DNA of 64,000 nt, taken from NCBI RefSeq assembly GCF_009914755.1, contig NC_060925.1; one strand, 5' to 3'. The notes under the pieces were generated by a model that was not told the origin of the DNA, made no database searches, and worked only from the letters and a program-made list of their open reading frames with translations. The position numbers and the translations under genes are program-made. Source of the stretch: the human T2T-CHM13v2.0 reference genome, Homo sapiens. Shown piece after piece: positions 1-27,888 of this stretch. Numbering within the stretch: the first letter of the stretch is position 1; each line of letters begins with the position of its first letter.

Positions 1-611
1 TCAGCATTTCTCTCAACGGTTTATGTTTTTCCATTTAGCATAATTGAGAATTTGAAGGATTCGTTCGTTCAGAGGATATTTAGTAGAGTTCTTAATGTGA
101 CAACCATCTTTCTTGAGTTTTGGCTTAAGAAAGTTAAAGATTTTATAGGGAGTAACAGGTGTCAGTTGGCTCCTTGTTCATTCAACCAGCATTTTTGAGT
201 GTCTGCTATATGCTAGGCAGTGTGCTTATCAGTGACTTTGTGCCAGAAAATGCAACATTTTCGGTACAGGCGTTTATTGCCTACCACTAATCTGAGTGAA
301 TCATCCAGACATCCCTATAAAAAAGCTTGGCTTACAACTTTAATATCATGCAAATGATACGTTTCTTGGGCATCTTGGCCTTTCTTTGGTTTTCCTCACC
401 TGTTTCAAAGGGTCATAAATCCCTCATGTTAGAGAAGTTGGAGGCAAATGAACAAAAATGAATAGGATTCAGCAGAAATTGGGGCTTACTTTAGTTTTTC
501 AGAATGGGTAAGTCAATTAGAAATAGCTAGTACAGTCCCCCATTTAACAGCTGAATAAGCCTAGAGATGTGAGATTTAGAGACTTAGGTCTTTCTGACGC
601 TTGTCGCGTGT

Positions 612-1083
612 TCTTTCTTTTTTCTTTTGGTTCCCAAGTTTTATTGAAAAACTTATACAAAATATTCCAGATAAATGAAATTTAATCCTCATCTTCCTCC
701 TCTTTGTCCTGGTTAATCTGGAAGTAACATAATTTGTAGCTATCTTTGCTGTTAGTAACTAGGAGCAACCAATCACGTAAATTATTCTTCATATATGTTT
801 TGGTGAGATATTTGAAATACCTTTTGGAGAAAGGCACCTCGGATGTCACGTTGATCTTGCTCTTACTCCTTTCAATGGTCGCCATCCCTCCACCAAGGTT
901 CTCAGCTTTTCCGTTCACTTTGATCCTTTCTTGCAAAAACTGCTCAAAATTGGCAGCATCCATGATTCCATCTTCTACGGGGTGAGTGCATTCAAGAGTG
1001 AACTTCAGAACCTGCTTCTTTTTTTTGCCCCCCTTCACCACAGGCTTTTTCACAGAAGCCATGGCAGCAGCGGAGGCAGAAAG
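612..1083 (-). pseudogene. RPL22P3: RPL22 (eL22) processed pseudogene with uninterrupted 126-aa frame (682-1062), 3'UTR, poly(A) signal and decayed A-tail; probably RPL22P3
   Basis: [26 protein letters not shown]...[11 protein letters not shown] closely resembles RPL22. It is intronless, with AATAAA on the - strand at 640-645, an A-rich tail at ~612-628 and a pyrimidine-rich 5' leader at ~1063-1083. The pseudogene number is from recall. Confidence 0.92.
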
Positions 1084-1113
1084 CCAGAGTTCTTTCTGCT
1101 ATCCCTTACTTTA

Positions 1114-5434
<4,321 letters not shown>

Positions 5435-6385
5435 CATAGTTAGATTAAATTCAGGAGATCAGAACTTTGATTTTCTTCTCTTTCTTTGGAGAAGAGGCCA
5501 TTCTCCCCAAAGTGTGACTGCCGCTTCACTCTGGGGTCCCCAATGCTTTGTGTAGCTGCTGTCATTTTGGAACATGTACAACAAAACAACAAAAAAAGGC
5601 TATGGGTAGTGGGAAAAAAGAGATCAATTAGTTTGGGGCTATCTGGTGCTGATTTCTTTATGTCTGTCCCTGCAGTAAAAAGAAGGCATTTAAGATTTGT
5701 GGTATCACAGAAAGCACAGTTCCAGATACACCATGCCTAAAGGGGCCACCTCTCAGTTGGTGCTAGTCTTTCTGGAAAGGTTGAGCCTTATGGACTGTGA
5801 TGTCCTCAGAAGGGGCTTTCTGTGAAGCAGTTGGGCAGTTTAGGCATGATTCTGCTGAGCAGTCTGTCCCTGGGACTCTGGAAAAAGGTTGGTTTCACTG
5901 TGGCTTCAAAGAAAGGAGGATAATGAGCTTTTCACTAGTAACTTCTCAGCCCTTTTTTCATTGGCTGCATGGGAGGGCCTGTTCCCAGCGTGCTCTGGGT
6001 ATCAAGAGAGCTGCCATGGTTGCCGTGGGCTAGAAATTCCAGCAATCACAGGCCTTCTTGTTTTTACTTCTATGACAGGAGAGGATTTAGTGCGTCTTTC
6101 TAAAACTGTTGGTGCAGTCCTGCAGAGAAAAGTCACAGTTGTCTAGGTCTGATGACTGAAAACATTCCAGGGGCCAGCCCTTTCCAGTTTCCACCTCTCC
6201 ACTGCTGTTGGCCCCGACAGCTAGCATCAGTTTCTGGCTGTATCAGGTAGCTAGCCTCTACAAGGTGTGTTCTGTCAGGAAAACTACTGACCTGTTGGTT
6301 TCCTAGGAGAAGGTTGAGTTTAGCTACTTAAATCTGTGGCCAAAGTATAAAATAAAATAAAAAAATTTTAATGTAGTATCCATAG

Positions 6386-11508
<5,123 letters not shown>

Positions 11509-11724
11509 TGATTGTTCTTTAATTCGTGTGTTGGGTACTATTTTAGACATTGGACAAATGCAGTGAATGAAGTTTCTGCTCTCATAAGGCTTACTTTCTA
11601 CTGGGGAAAGATGGACAATAAACAGTAAGTGTTTTATATACCACTCAGTAAAGAAAAGTAAAACAGATTAAGGGTTTTAGAAAGTGACTGTGGTGGAATT
11701 GCCATCTTACAAAAAATGGTCAGA

Positions 11725-15925
<4,201 letters not shown>

Positions 15926-18900
15926 GAAAAAGAAATGGCTAATGATGCGGGAGACATTTTTATCTGATAGTTTTAGACCAGATTTTGCTGTTGTAGATTG
16001 CTTCTACCTGTGAATTCTTTGACTGTATTCCCAAGTGAAATTGGGAATTCTGATTCCCAAGGAATCAGAATCCCATCCATATTTGTGGTATGGGAAACAA
16101 GACCCCTTGCAGGGGAGACTGGTCCACCAGGAGACCCTGTAGCCCAGGGACCTGGGCGCCAGTGTCCCTCCCAAGGCCTGAAGACATAAGGCTAGCATGG
16201 GCCGTGGCTGGCTGTGTGGGAGTTCAGGGCCGGAACAGGTTGGAAGGTAGTCTCGCCTGCTATCCCTTATTTCTTCTCTTTGCTTTTTTCTTTGCCCTTT
16301 GCTTTTTGTGTTACTCAGGGCCTGTGGGACCCTGATTCTGGGAGAAATCTGTTGTGCTCTCCAGGTTCCTGTCTCTTCTTCAGATCTCCCCGGGTCCACT
16401 TGTAGACTTGTGCACCCTGATTCAGGATGAGACCAGAGGACCCTGTGGGGCAGCGATTCATAGGGAGCTCAAGGCCAGTTGTTATTCTTTGAATTTGAGA
16501 GAAACATTGGAAATGTCATCTTCTGAAATGAAAACTAACAGAGAAAGGCAAATCATTTGGGAAAAGTTACTTAAATGGTAACCTTGTTGCCAATAAAAGA
16601 GTATTTTCTAATTCAAAGTCCAAAGCAAGGGTCCCTCTTAGATCTCTGTTCAATATAAGATTGCTCTATTTCTTGGGAGTCGTGTTGGTGACACTGGAGA
16701 CCAGAGGATTCCGGTTCTCAGAGAGAGGGATGCTGTGATGGAGTAGGACAGTACAGTCTTTTGGCTTGTATACTGAGGCACAGAGTGGGGAGGCCTGCTG
16801 TCCTTGGGGAGTGGGTAGCAGCAGATCAGGCACCAGAAAGGGTGAGACACCCCCTCTGACCCTTGTAGTGTAACAGGTGTGAGTTTGTTCACTTTGTCTC
16901 TTGTGAGCTTGGCTAGTTCGAATCAGTCCCCCAGGGCATCATCACCCCAGGCTGTTGTGTAAACATTCGTACCTGAGAAGGTACAACTGTAATGGTGCTT
17001 ATACTTGCTGTGCTTTACACTAAGACCCAGAATAGCCTATTTCTTCCTCTCCTCTGCCTTTCTCACCTTTCTTTTTTCCTTGTCATCGACCTCTTAACGT
17101 TACAGGAGTAAACCTACCACTGTAATCTGCTTCACCTTACAGACACATCCCTATCTTTTGTCACCTTTGTTCCTTTTGTAGCTTGTGACAGTAACAAACT
17201 GGGTTGTTTGAGGTGACCCCTTCCCTGCTCTCCTCCTTGGGAATGATCTTATCCGCATTGTACTCCTAGGTCCCATACCCTAACTTTTCAGCCAGAGGCA
17301 CATTTATAGCAAGGTTAAGGGCATCAGCAGCCAGTGAAGCTGAGCTTCCTCCTCTGGTGAGTTAAAATTGCAAATGTTGACATCTGATCCCATTCACCTT
17401 GTGGTTGTGGCTCTCCTTTACCTCCCATAAAGGACCAGCCCTGTCGAGAACCACCTTCCTCCCCACTGTGCTTCTTCATGATTTCCTGCCTCCGCTCTTT
17501 CCTTCTGGCTTTGCTTGTTCTCTGAGACCGAGAAGCTTGTGTCCCATTTCTGTAGATGTGTAGCCTCATAGGACAAGTGATGTCAAGGTTTGGCAACAGT
17601 AGATCTTTTGCTTAGGATTTGGACCCGGAACACAGAATGTCACCTTCTGTGGGCTGCTTGGTGCTACTTGGCTGAAGAGCCTTTCCAGGAGCAGGAGCCA
17701 TAGGAGATCACTTTCCTGGCCACCGCCCTGTGTGGTATGCTTGTGCCCTAGCACTTGCCTTGTGCCCACTCACAGCAGTCACAGCGATGGTTTTCTTTGA
17801 CTAGCGATGGAGGTCAGGCCTCTAACACAGGAGCCTAGACCTTGGGCAGGACTCTGCATCCTTGTCTAAAGAGAGGGTTCCCTTAGGTAGTACGATTCCT
17901 TATTTCAGGCCTGCATCTAGATGCTTCCCCACACAAGTTCTGAGGCCTGTTTAATTCCATTGGGCTATTGCATCTCTGGGGGAGATGCACATTTTCCTTG
18001 TAATACACCCTGTAGGAAAGTTTTGACTTGGTCCAGCTTTTCAGAGCATGAGTCTGAGAGCAGATTGATTGCAAGGCCTTGTCTGAGAAGAGAATAGACT
18101 GACTCATGATACCTGGACAGACTCCAGAGGGAGATGCGATGCCCTCTCCAGCTGCTGGCAGAGCATTCCTTCTCCTGCTTGGGCGCCTCTGAGCATGCTG
18201 GCGTCCAGCTGGCCATCTAAAGATGACCAGGATCCACTTTCCACCAAAGCTGCTTGGGTTTCCATCCCATTCTGTAATCTTATGGAAGAATCCCTCTCCA
18301 GCTCTGATAAAGCTCTTCTGCCTTTCACAGTGGAGTTGGATGAGAGTTGTAGTTCTTGGCATGCCAGGGAGCAGTGTGGAATTGGGGGAGATGACCAATA
18401 TCTAATGGTTTATACTGGCATTTCCAGGGGATTTGAGCAATTGTCGGGGGAGGGTGGTATGTCAGCATAGGGGCCTCAAAAGGCGAATTCTAGGGCTGTC
18501 TCTGTGGTTTACTACCTTGTGACCTTGGGTAAGTTCCCTAACCCTCATCTGACAGAAGGATAAAAGCTACTTTGTCTGCCAAACAGGGCTGGTGTGAGCA
18601 GAAAATGAATGTCTGGGGAAGAATGTTGACAGCCATAATACATTATATCGATATAAGGTATTATTTTAAAAGCTATTAGTATTATATTACATGCCAAGTA
18701 TGTTAATCATGTTCTAGTTTGGGGACAGAGGCGCATTTACTCAGACATGGCCTACGATGTCCTCTTGAAGCGCTTTTCTTCCACCCAGGCTCCTTGTGCT
18801 GGAACTGGGCAGATGGTCCATCTTCCTTAAACCCTAGAGGAAGAAGGAAGCAGTTTGCTTTCCTCAGAGGAGACCTGGATGGGACTTCTCAAATTCACTC

Positions 18901-19592
18901 TAATGTGTGAGGCCCATTTCTCTCTCTGTCTTATTTGGCTCTCGCAGCGATATGAAAGTGAAAGTTCACATAGTGAAGTTGGAAAATTCAGTGCATTGCC
19001 ATAAAAATACTGATTTGGTTTCTTCTGCGCTAGATCTGGCCCTGTCTGCCAAAGCTTGTTGGCCGTCATTAGGCAGGGCAAGTGCTCTTTGGTGCCCTGC
19101 AGCCCCTTCACTTCCCCAGGTATGCTCCGTGCGAGTGGAGTTTGGCTGCTTGCCTGGTCTATGAAGGCATTTGGTCTCAACCCTCAAAGGCTTCTAAATT
19201 CTACAGCTGTCAAGGCTCTGTTTATGATGGAGAAACTCGAATAGGCAGTCTTGTATTTAGAGTGGAGCGAAATGATACAGTATGAAACTTTAAAACAAGA
19301 AGTTACTTGTGAGAAGCCCTTAAAAGGTAATAGGCAATAGACTAATATGAGCTGTAGTACTTACTCAGGTAATAACACTGGTATTAATAGAATTAATACA
19401 ATTCCATCAATACAGTCATTTTCAGGACAGAGTACGTAGTGGACATAGATTCTGTGTGAGTGTCTGTGTTTGTCAGTTCACAGAAAACATCCAGGTCGTT
19501 CTCTTATTATTGGTGTACCTTTTCCATTCAGTCATTCAGCATTCTTTGGCACCAACTGTGTTCCAAGCTGGAGCGAGAGGTTTCCATTTTAG

Positions 19593-21276
<1,684 letters not shown>

Positions 21277-21439
21277 TGAGAATAGTTATTTTCAGAACAT
21301 ACAGAGCACTTACGAAAATGGCCTACATGCTGAGCCATGGGGCAGATCTCACCAAATTTCAAAGTCTCCACACTACGGCTGTGGTTCTTCACATTTTGCA
21401 AGTGATGGACTCCTTTGAAAATCCCAGTCTAATAAATTA

Positions 21440-21610
21440 AGGTTGCCCAGACTTAGCACTGTTGACTTTTGGGGTTAAATAGTTCTTTGTGTGGGGCTGT
21501 CCTGTACACTGTAGGACATTTAGCATTTCCCCAATAGTGGCAACCAAAAATGGCTTGACATTGTCCAGTGTCCCCTGAGGGACAGAATCTTATCTGGTTG
21601 AGAACCACCA
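21440..21610 (+). mobile_element. MER20-like hAT DNA transposon remnant
   Basis: gcactgttgacttttgggg...ggggctgtcctgtacactgtaggacatttagc...ctggttgagaaccac resembles the MER20 consensus (recall). Confidence 0.7.
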
Positions 21611-22907
21611 TTAGAGATCTTGTCTCTAGAAAAACACAGAATTTTGCATACAGTTTCTTCCATCTCCATTAGAGCTAGTTGATCTTGTCCTCACTGAGGA
21701 TGGCTGAGGGAGTGGGACTTTTTCTAAGAAAGGCCGTAGGGCAGCCAAGCAGCCTGGGGGTTTGGTCTTTGTTCTGTGCACGGCCTCTCCCCACACCCCT
21801 GTCCTGGATATAGATGCTCACACGCGTGTGTGGAGGTGTCATAGGCATGCTGGTGCTGATGGGCTGAGGGCTCAGACTGCCATGAGCCCAATGTCCTGCT
21901 CAGGGCTTGAAGAGATGAGGCCAGGGCGTGTTGGAAGGCAGTCCTGCCTGCTCCTCCTTCTCAGCCTCTTTCTTCTCTCTGCTTTTCTCTAAAATGGTGG
22001 TGTTGTTTTAATCAAGACCTGTCAGGCTCTGGTTCTGAGAGAAATACTTGCTGCACTCTCAGGTGTCTTGTCTCTTCCTCAGGTTCCCCATGTTCACTTG
22101 TAGACCATGGACCTCCAAAGCCACAAACATAAGGCATAGGTTTTACTCTAAGCCTTTTGGTAGGTGCCAGTCACAGAGAGTTCAAGTCCGTAACAGTAAA
22201 AAATACATTATTAAAATATTAGATATGACCATAAAGGAATGTAAAAGGGAGAGTTTATTCTGAGGACCAGGTGATGCACCATGCTGGTGGGATCAGAGGA
22301 GACTTTATAAAGGAGAGGTAGACATCCAGGCTGGGTTGTGCAGGATCAATGGGAGTTTGCAAGGGGAGGGGACATTGCAGGCAGGTGGAACAGCATGCTG
22401 AGTTCTGGGGGCTAGTGATAGCAAAACAGAGACAGAAGGTAAAAGAAGGTATGGGTGAGGCATGCTCAGAAGCTTTGACTAGGTCTGCAAGCAGTTGAAG
22501 GGTTTAAAGTAGGGAAGTGACATGATCAGATTTATGTTTAATTTTTTTTCCAACTCTTTATTTCATAAAATAGAGTAAGTGTTCCTAAGTTTAGGTTTAG
22601 AAGTTGATATGAGTGGCTCTGTGAAAGACAGATTACAGGTCAGAAAACTGGTTGGAGGCTATGCAAAGAACCCAGCTGAACAATGAGGTTTAGAACTGTC
22701 ATGGCGGCCATGGGGCTAGAAGGGAGATGGACCTGCAGAGGGTATCAGGTCCCCAAACCCCAAAATCTAGTCCACATTTGTTATGTTGAAGGACACAGTC
22801 ATGTCCCTGGCTAGAGAAAGGACACTGCCCTTAGCTCCAAAAATAAAGACTAAGTTTTTATTTGAGAGAGATTTTTTCCTCTTTTTATATACATTTTTTT
22901 CCTCTAG

Positions 22908-22957
22908 GAAATAGACAGACGGTTGGAAAAAAAACTGAAGATCACACAAAAAGAGAG
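22908..22957 (+). CDS. SZRD1: SZRD1 coding exon 2 (EIDRRLEKKLKITQKE), 50 nt
   Basis: ttttttcctctag|GAAATA...GAGAG|gtaagg. The translation matches the N-terminal part of SZRD1 (SUZ RNA-binding domain protein). Confidence 0.95.
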
Positions 22958-24760
22958 GTAAGGCTGCTGTCTGGTCTGAGGGCTCATGCTCTCTGTGGTT
23001 TGAGAGCCGGGCAGTCAGTGGTGTTCTCCAGCTGGCCATTAGGATTAGCAGGTCCTAGCAGGTCAGGCTCTGGGGCAGCAAACCCTTCCCTCCAAATTGG
23101 AGACCAGGACGTGGTGGCTTGAGGCTTTAGGGTTGAGGCTGGGGTGTTGCACCTGCCTCTGACCTTCGTGGGCTCCCTGTGTGAGGTCATCTGATGCAAT
23201 GTGAGGAAGTGACAAGTTGGAAGACTTGAGTTTTAGGCCTGGCAGTGCCCCAGTTGCTCTGAGGTCTGGGGCAAGTCATTTCCCAGATCTGGACATCAGT
23301 TTCTTTCTCTGTGGCATGAGGAGTGTGGGCAGATGATTTCTCTGGGTCCCCAGTGACTTGGTGGTCTAGGGTATTATGAGGGTATCCTGGAAGAAAACAT
23401 TCTAGGAAATTCTTGAAAAAACCTTTAAAAATAGCTTTGTTTTCCACCTAGACGACAGAGGAGGGTGTTTCCAGAGTAGGTGAAAGTTGACTTCGGCTTT
23501 CTGCTTTTGGGCTTAGGGAACCTGTTGGTTTTCCATAGGTACAAGGGACAGGAAGGAGGATAGGGCCCCTCTGGATTTGCTCACGGGGCTGCACAGTCAT
23601 TCCCCAGGAAACTCTGGGTGCTCTGCCCGCCCGCTAGTTTTCCTGGCTCCCTGCCTCTTTGATCAGATTGCTGGCTCCTTGTCTGTCTGCTCATCTCAGC
23701 AACCACGCTAACCCTGGGTTACAGTCCTCGTTCCATACCATTTGTGTCCTACCCGAGACTTGTTTCCATCCACCCTGGCTCAGTTCCTCCAATCCCGACT
23801 CCTCCTGACAGCCAAGGCTCTGGAAGCAGGCTTGTTTGGTTCTGAAGAGAAGCTGGTTGACTGCTCTGGGTAGGGTCCTGGTGGCTGTTGTCGGGTGGTC
23901 ATTCCTGCCTGGGTTCCTGTCTCCTCCTGTGGCTTTTGTTTCTTTCCCTTCCTGTGTTGTTGTCCCTCTTTGTTTTTTGTCATTCCACCTCTCCCTGTGG
24001 ACACATCGCCTTGATGTACGCGTCCACCAGCCTTGGACAATGCTTTTCTTTTGAGCATTGCCAAGCACTGTTTCTAGGAGCATCCTTCACTCCAGCCCCG
24101 CCGCTGTCCAAAAGACCAGGGAGCCCTGGCAAGGGAGGTTTCTCTGTTCAGAAGCTTTTTGAAGAGGATTCAGTTGTCTGGTGTAGCTTGTCTCTGGGAG
24201 GCACAGGTCACTCTCACTAGAAGGTGGCTTGGTAAATCTTGATGCCAGGCAGGGATGGCGTAGTGGGCTCCTTTGTAGTGTTTGTCTGGTTTGAGCATGT
24301 GATGGAAGATTTGGCTGAGTGAACACTGCTGACCCCCAAGTTCAAAGGCTCCCACCCCACCAGCCAGTCCTACTCTGATCTGCGTAGAGAAGCTGGGATC
24401 TTAACTGACGTCATTCAATTCTGGACATAAACTGTTTTGCTGCAGGGCCAAATAGTGGTTGATGTGGCTGTGGTGAACATGGGGATAGAAGTGCCAGAAT
24501 GAGGTGGCGTTCCAGCCCCTGTGGCCAGGGGTTAGGGCTGAGGAGCAGTTCCTGTGGCCTGTCAGAGCTGGTCGCAAGCTTACTTTTTTGGGACACCCTT
24601 CTTGAGGAGTGGAAATTTTGCTGTCTGGTCAGAGGCCAGAGAATCATGCATGGGTAGAATTAGGGAGGGAGAGGAAAGTGATGAGAGGTGGGTGTGGGAC
24701 ATGGACAGGGCCTCCTTAGTCAGGAGCATGATTTGTGAAGCTGTGTTTGCTCTTTGTCAG

Positions 24761-25015
24761 CAGGAAATCCAAATCTCCTCCCAAAGTGCCCATTGTGATT
24801 CAGGACGATAGCCTTCCCGCGGGGCCCCCTCCACAGATCCGCATCCTCAAGAGGCCCACCAGCAACGGTGTGGTCAGCAGCCCCAACTCCACCAGCAGGC
24901 CCACCCTTCCAGTCAAGTCCCTAGCACAGCGAGAGGCCGAGTACGCCGAGGCCCGGAAGCGGATCCTGGGCAGCGCCAGCCCCGAGGAGGAGCAGGAGAA
25001 ACCCATCCTCGACAG
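24761..25015 (+). CDS. SZRD1: SZRD1 coding exon 3 (SUZ domain: RKSKSPPKV...IRILKRP...[19 protein letters not shown]...PILD), 255 nt
   Basis: Acceptor tctttgtcag|CAG (NAGNAG), donor GACAG|gtgagt. SUZ motif KSLxxRExxYxxARxRI is present, and the phase matches exon 2. Confidence 0.97.
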
Positions 25016-26066
25016 GTGAGTGTGGCTGGCAGGGCCGGCCAGTGATGGCTGTCCCAGTCCACCCGGGAAGAGGAGAGCATCCTGGCTGCGTGTAGAGTAG
25101 TGAGAAGCAAGCAGAGTCAGGGTAGGAACCATGCAGCTCCACTTGCTGACCCCAGCCTGCTGGCACTAGTTCACTGTGCCGCATTGGCTGGAGAGGGCTC
25201 TGAAAGCCTTGCCAGGGAGGAGGTGGCAGTTTGCTGGCATGCTCCCTCTGCGGTTGGTAGTCACCGGGGGCACTGTTGTGTAGAGAGTGAAGGCACAGAT
25301 GAGCTTGTGTCAAAATCTGCCTCTTACCTCTTCTTTAGAACGACTTGACCTCTCTGGGCCTTAGTTTTCTCATCTGAAAAAATGGGATAATAATAGTACC
25401 AACCTTATCAAGGTGTTGTGCAATTCAGTGAGTAAATGAGCATAGGATGTGGAGAGCCTGGGCTGGCAGAGTGGAAAGTACCCCAGATAAGTGCTTTGAT
25501 GATATTTTCTGGGTCTCCAGTATGCCCACTGTGATGTTTTTGTGAATTTTCTAAATTCCTTTTTACTCTTAACATTTTTTTCTCTGCAGTATTAAAGGTT
25601 GCATCATATAAGTTTATCACTTTCGAATCAAACAGTATTCATTAAGATGGCCTCCTTCTAACTTTGAGGGGCTGCTATGGTTTGGTATTCTGGGACTTGA
25701 AGAAAAAATCTGCGTACCTTCTTTCTAGCTCTTCATAATTTTGAAGAGATACCTGTTCTTTTTGTTGTTTCTCCTCTAAGTCTTCACCTTTCCAGGGTGG
25801 AAAAATAGTCATATGAGTCAACCGTTAACCGCAGAGTTTGGAGAGGAGTGGGAGGGAAGAATTGGGGGGCGGGGGATGTGTCCCTCTGCTGAGCTCTTGA
25901 TTCCAGTTCTTTACTTTGGCCTAACACTCTGGAGATTCCAAATGGTTCTGCGGAGCATGTGCTATCCATGGTCACTGCCTCTGGGCAGAGTGGGCCCTCA
26001 AGCACTCCCCCTGCCTACAAGTGCATGATGGCAGCTGAGCAGGGGGAAAGGATGCTGTAGCTGCTA

Positions 26067-26673
<607 letters not shown>

Positions 26674-26793
26674 ATGCAGGCAAGAAAAGATGCCGCCGTT
26701 GCTGCCGTCACCGCCTCCTGGGTCGTCCGCCACGGGTTGCACTGCCGTGGCAGACAGCTGGACTTGAGCAGAGGGAACGACCTGACTTACTTG

Positions 26794-26877
26794 CACTGTG
26801 ATCCCCCTTGCTCCGCCCACTGTGACCTTGAACCCCATGCACTGTGACCTCCCCCCTTCTCCCCCTTCCCACTGTGA
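26794..26877 (+). promoter_or_regulatory. Cluster of four miR-128-3p 8mer (also miR-27 7mer-m8) seed matches
   Basis: CACTGTGA at 26794, 26818, 26840 and 26870. Confidence 0.8.
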
Positions 26878-27882
26878 TTGGCACATCGACAAGGGCTGTC
26901 CCAAGTCAATGGAAAGGGAAAGGGTGGGGGTTAGGGGAAGGTTGGGGGGACCCAGCAAGGACTCAGAGAGTCAGACAGTGCCACTTGGCCACTTGGGGTA
27001 AAGCCAGTGCCAGCAATAACAGTTTATCATGCTCATTAATTTGGGATTTCAAAACACAAATGAAAACTCACACCCACCCACCCCCAAGTGCATGTCTCCA
27101 TCACTTAAAAAGTAAGTTCCATTTGAAAATATCCTTTCTTTTTTTTTTCTTCCTATTTTTGTTTGTTTATACAAATATCTGATTTGCAAGAAAAAGTGCA
27201 TGGGAGGGGTTTTAGTGGTTTAATGAATTTTTAATTAAGAAAGGGTAGTTTGGTAGTCTACTTAAAAATGTTTCTGGGAAATTCACTAGAAACATTAACC
27301 AATAGGATTTTGGTGAGCTTAGCTTCTGTATTCCTACTGCCGCCCAGAAAAGGGGCAGGGCTCTGCAGCCGCCAGGACAGACGAGCACCCCATGCCTATA
27401 CCTCCCTCCCCGAGCTAAGTCCCAGGGCATCTGGGCCTTGCCTGGAGACTGGGCTAGCTCTGTAGGCTCGGAGAGCCTGGGGAGGGTGCCAACCCCACCT
27501 CTAGTATTTTGGGAGATAGGGAAAGTGAACCGACTTCCCCTTCCCATACCCCTCAGGGTGGTTCCCTACCAGCCAGGCTTACTACTTCTAGAAGAAAGCA
27601 GAGTGCCAGGGAGTGAGATTGCATCCCTGGGCTTAGAAGTGACGGAGAGAAGACTTGTTTAGTATTTTGCCATCAGCACAAGGAAAACCAGGAGAGAGTC
27701 TGCCTCCAGGACTCTGAGCCTTCTGCCTCGTATGTTCAGAAGGTGGATAGGTCTTCCCACTCCAGCATGGCTTGAACTCTTAGGGGTCTGCAGTGCTCCA
27801 TCTCCATTGGTGGCCCCAGCTCAGTAACTATACCTGGTACATTTCCTGTGTGCAATCAGTACCTTGAAGGCAGAACATTCTG

Positions 27883-27888
27883 AATAAA
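27883..27888 (+). terminator. Proximal poly(A) signal of SZRD1
   Basis: Canonical AATAAA with a U-rich tract (ctttgctttg) ~20 nt downstream. Confidence 0.6.

Noticed and set aside
610-1097. gttctttct on both sides of the RPL22 copy as a target-site duplication
   Set aside because: Only 9 low-complexity bases and not flush with the 5' junction; not firm enough to call
17883-18398. 171-aa - strand ORF in non-repeat DNA
   Set aside because: No recognisable domain, non-ATG start, no supporting splice pattern
26794-26877. Repeat-spacer pattern resembling a CRISPR mini-array
   Set aside because: The repeat is only 8 nt, the context is a eukaryotic 3'UTR, and there are no cas genes; better explained as miRNA sites
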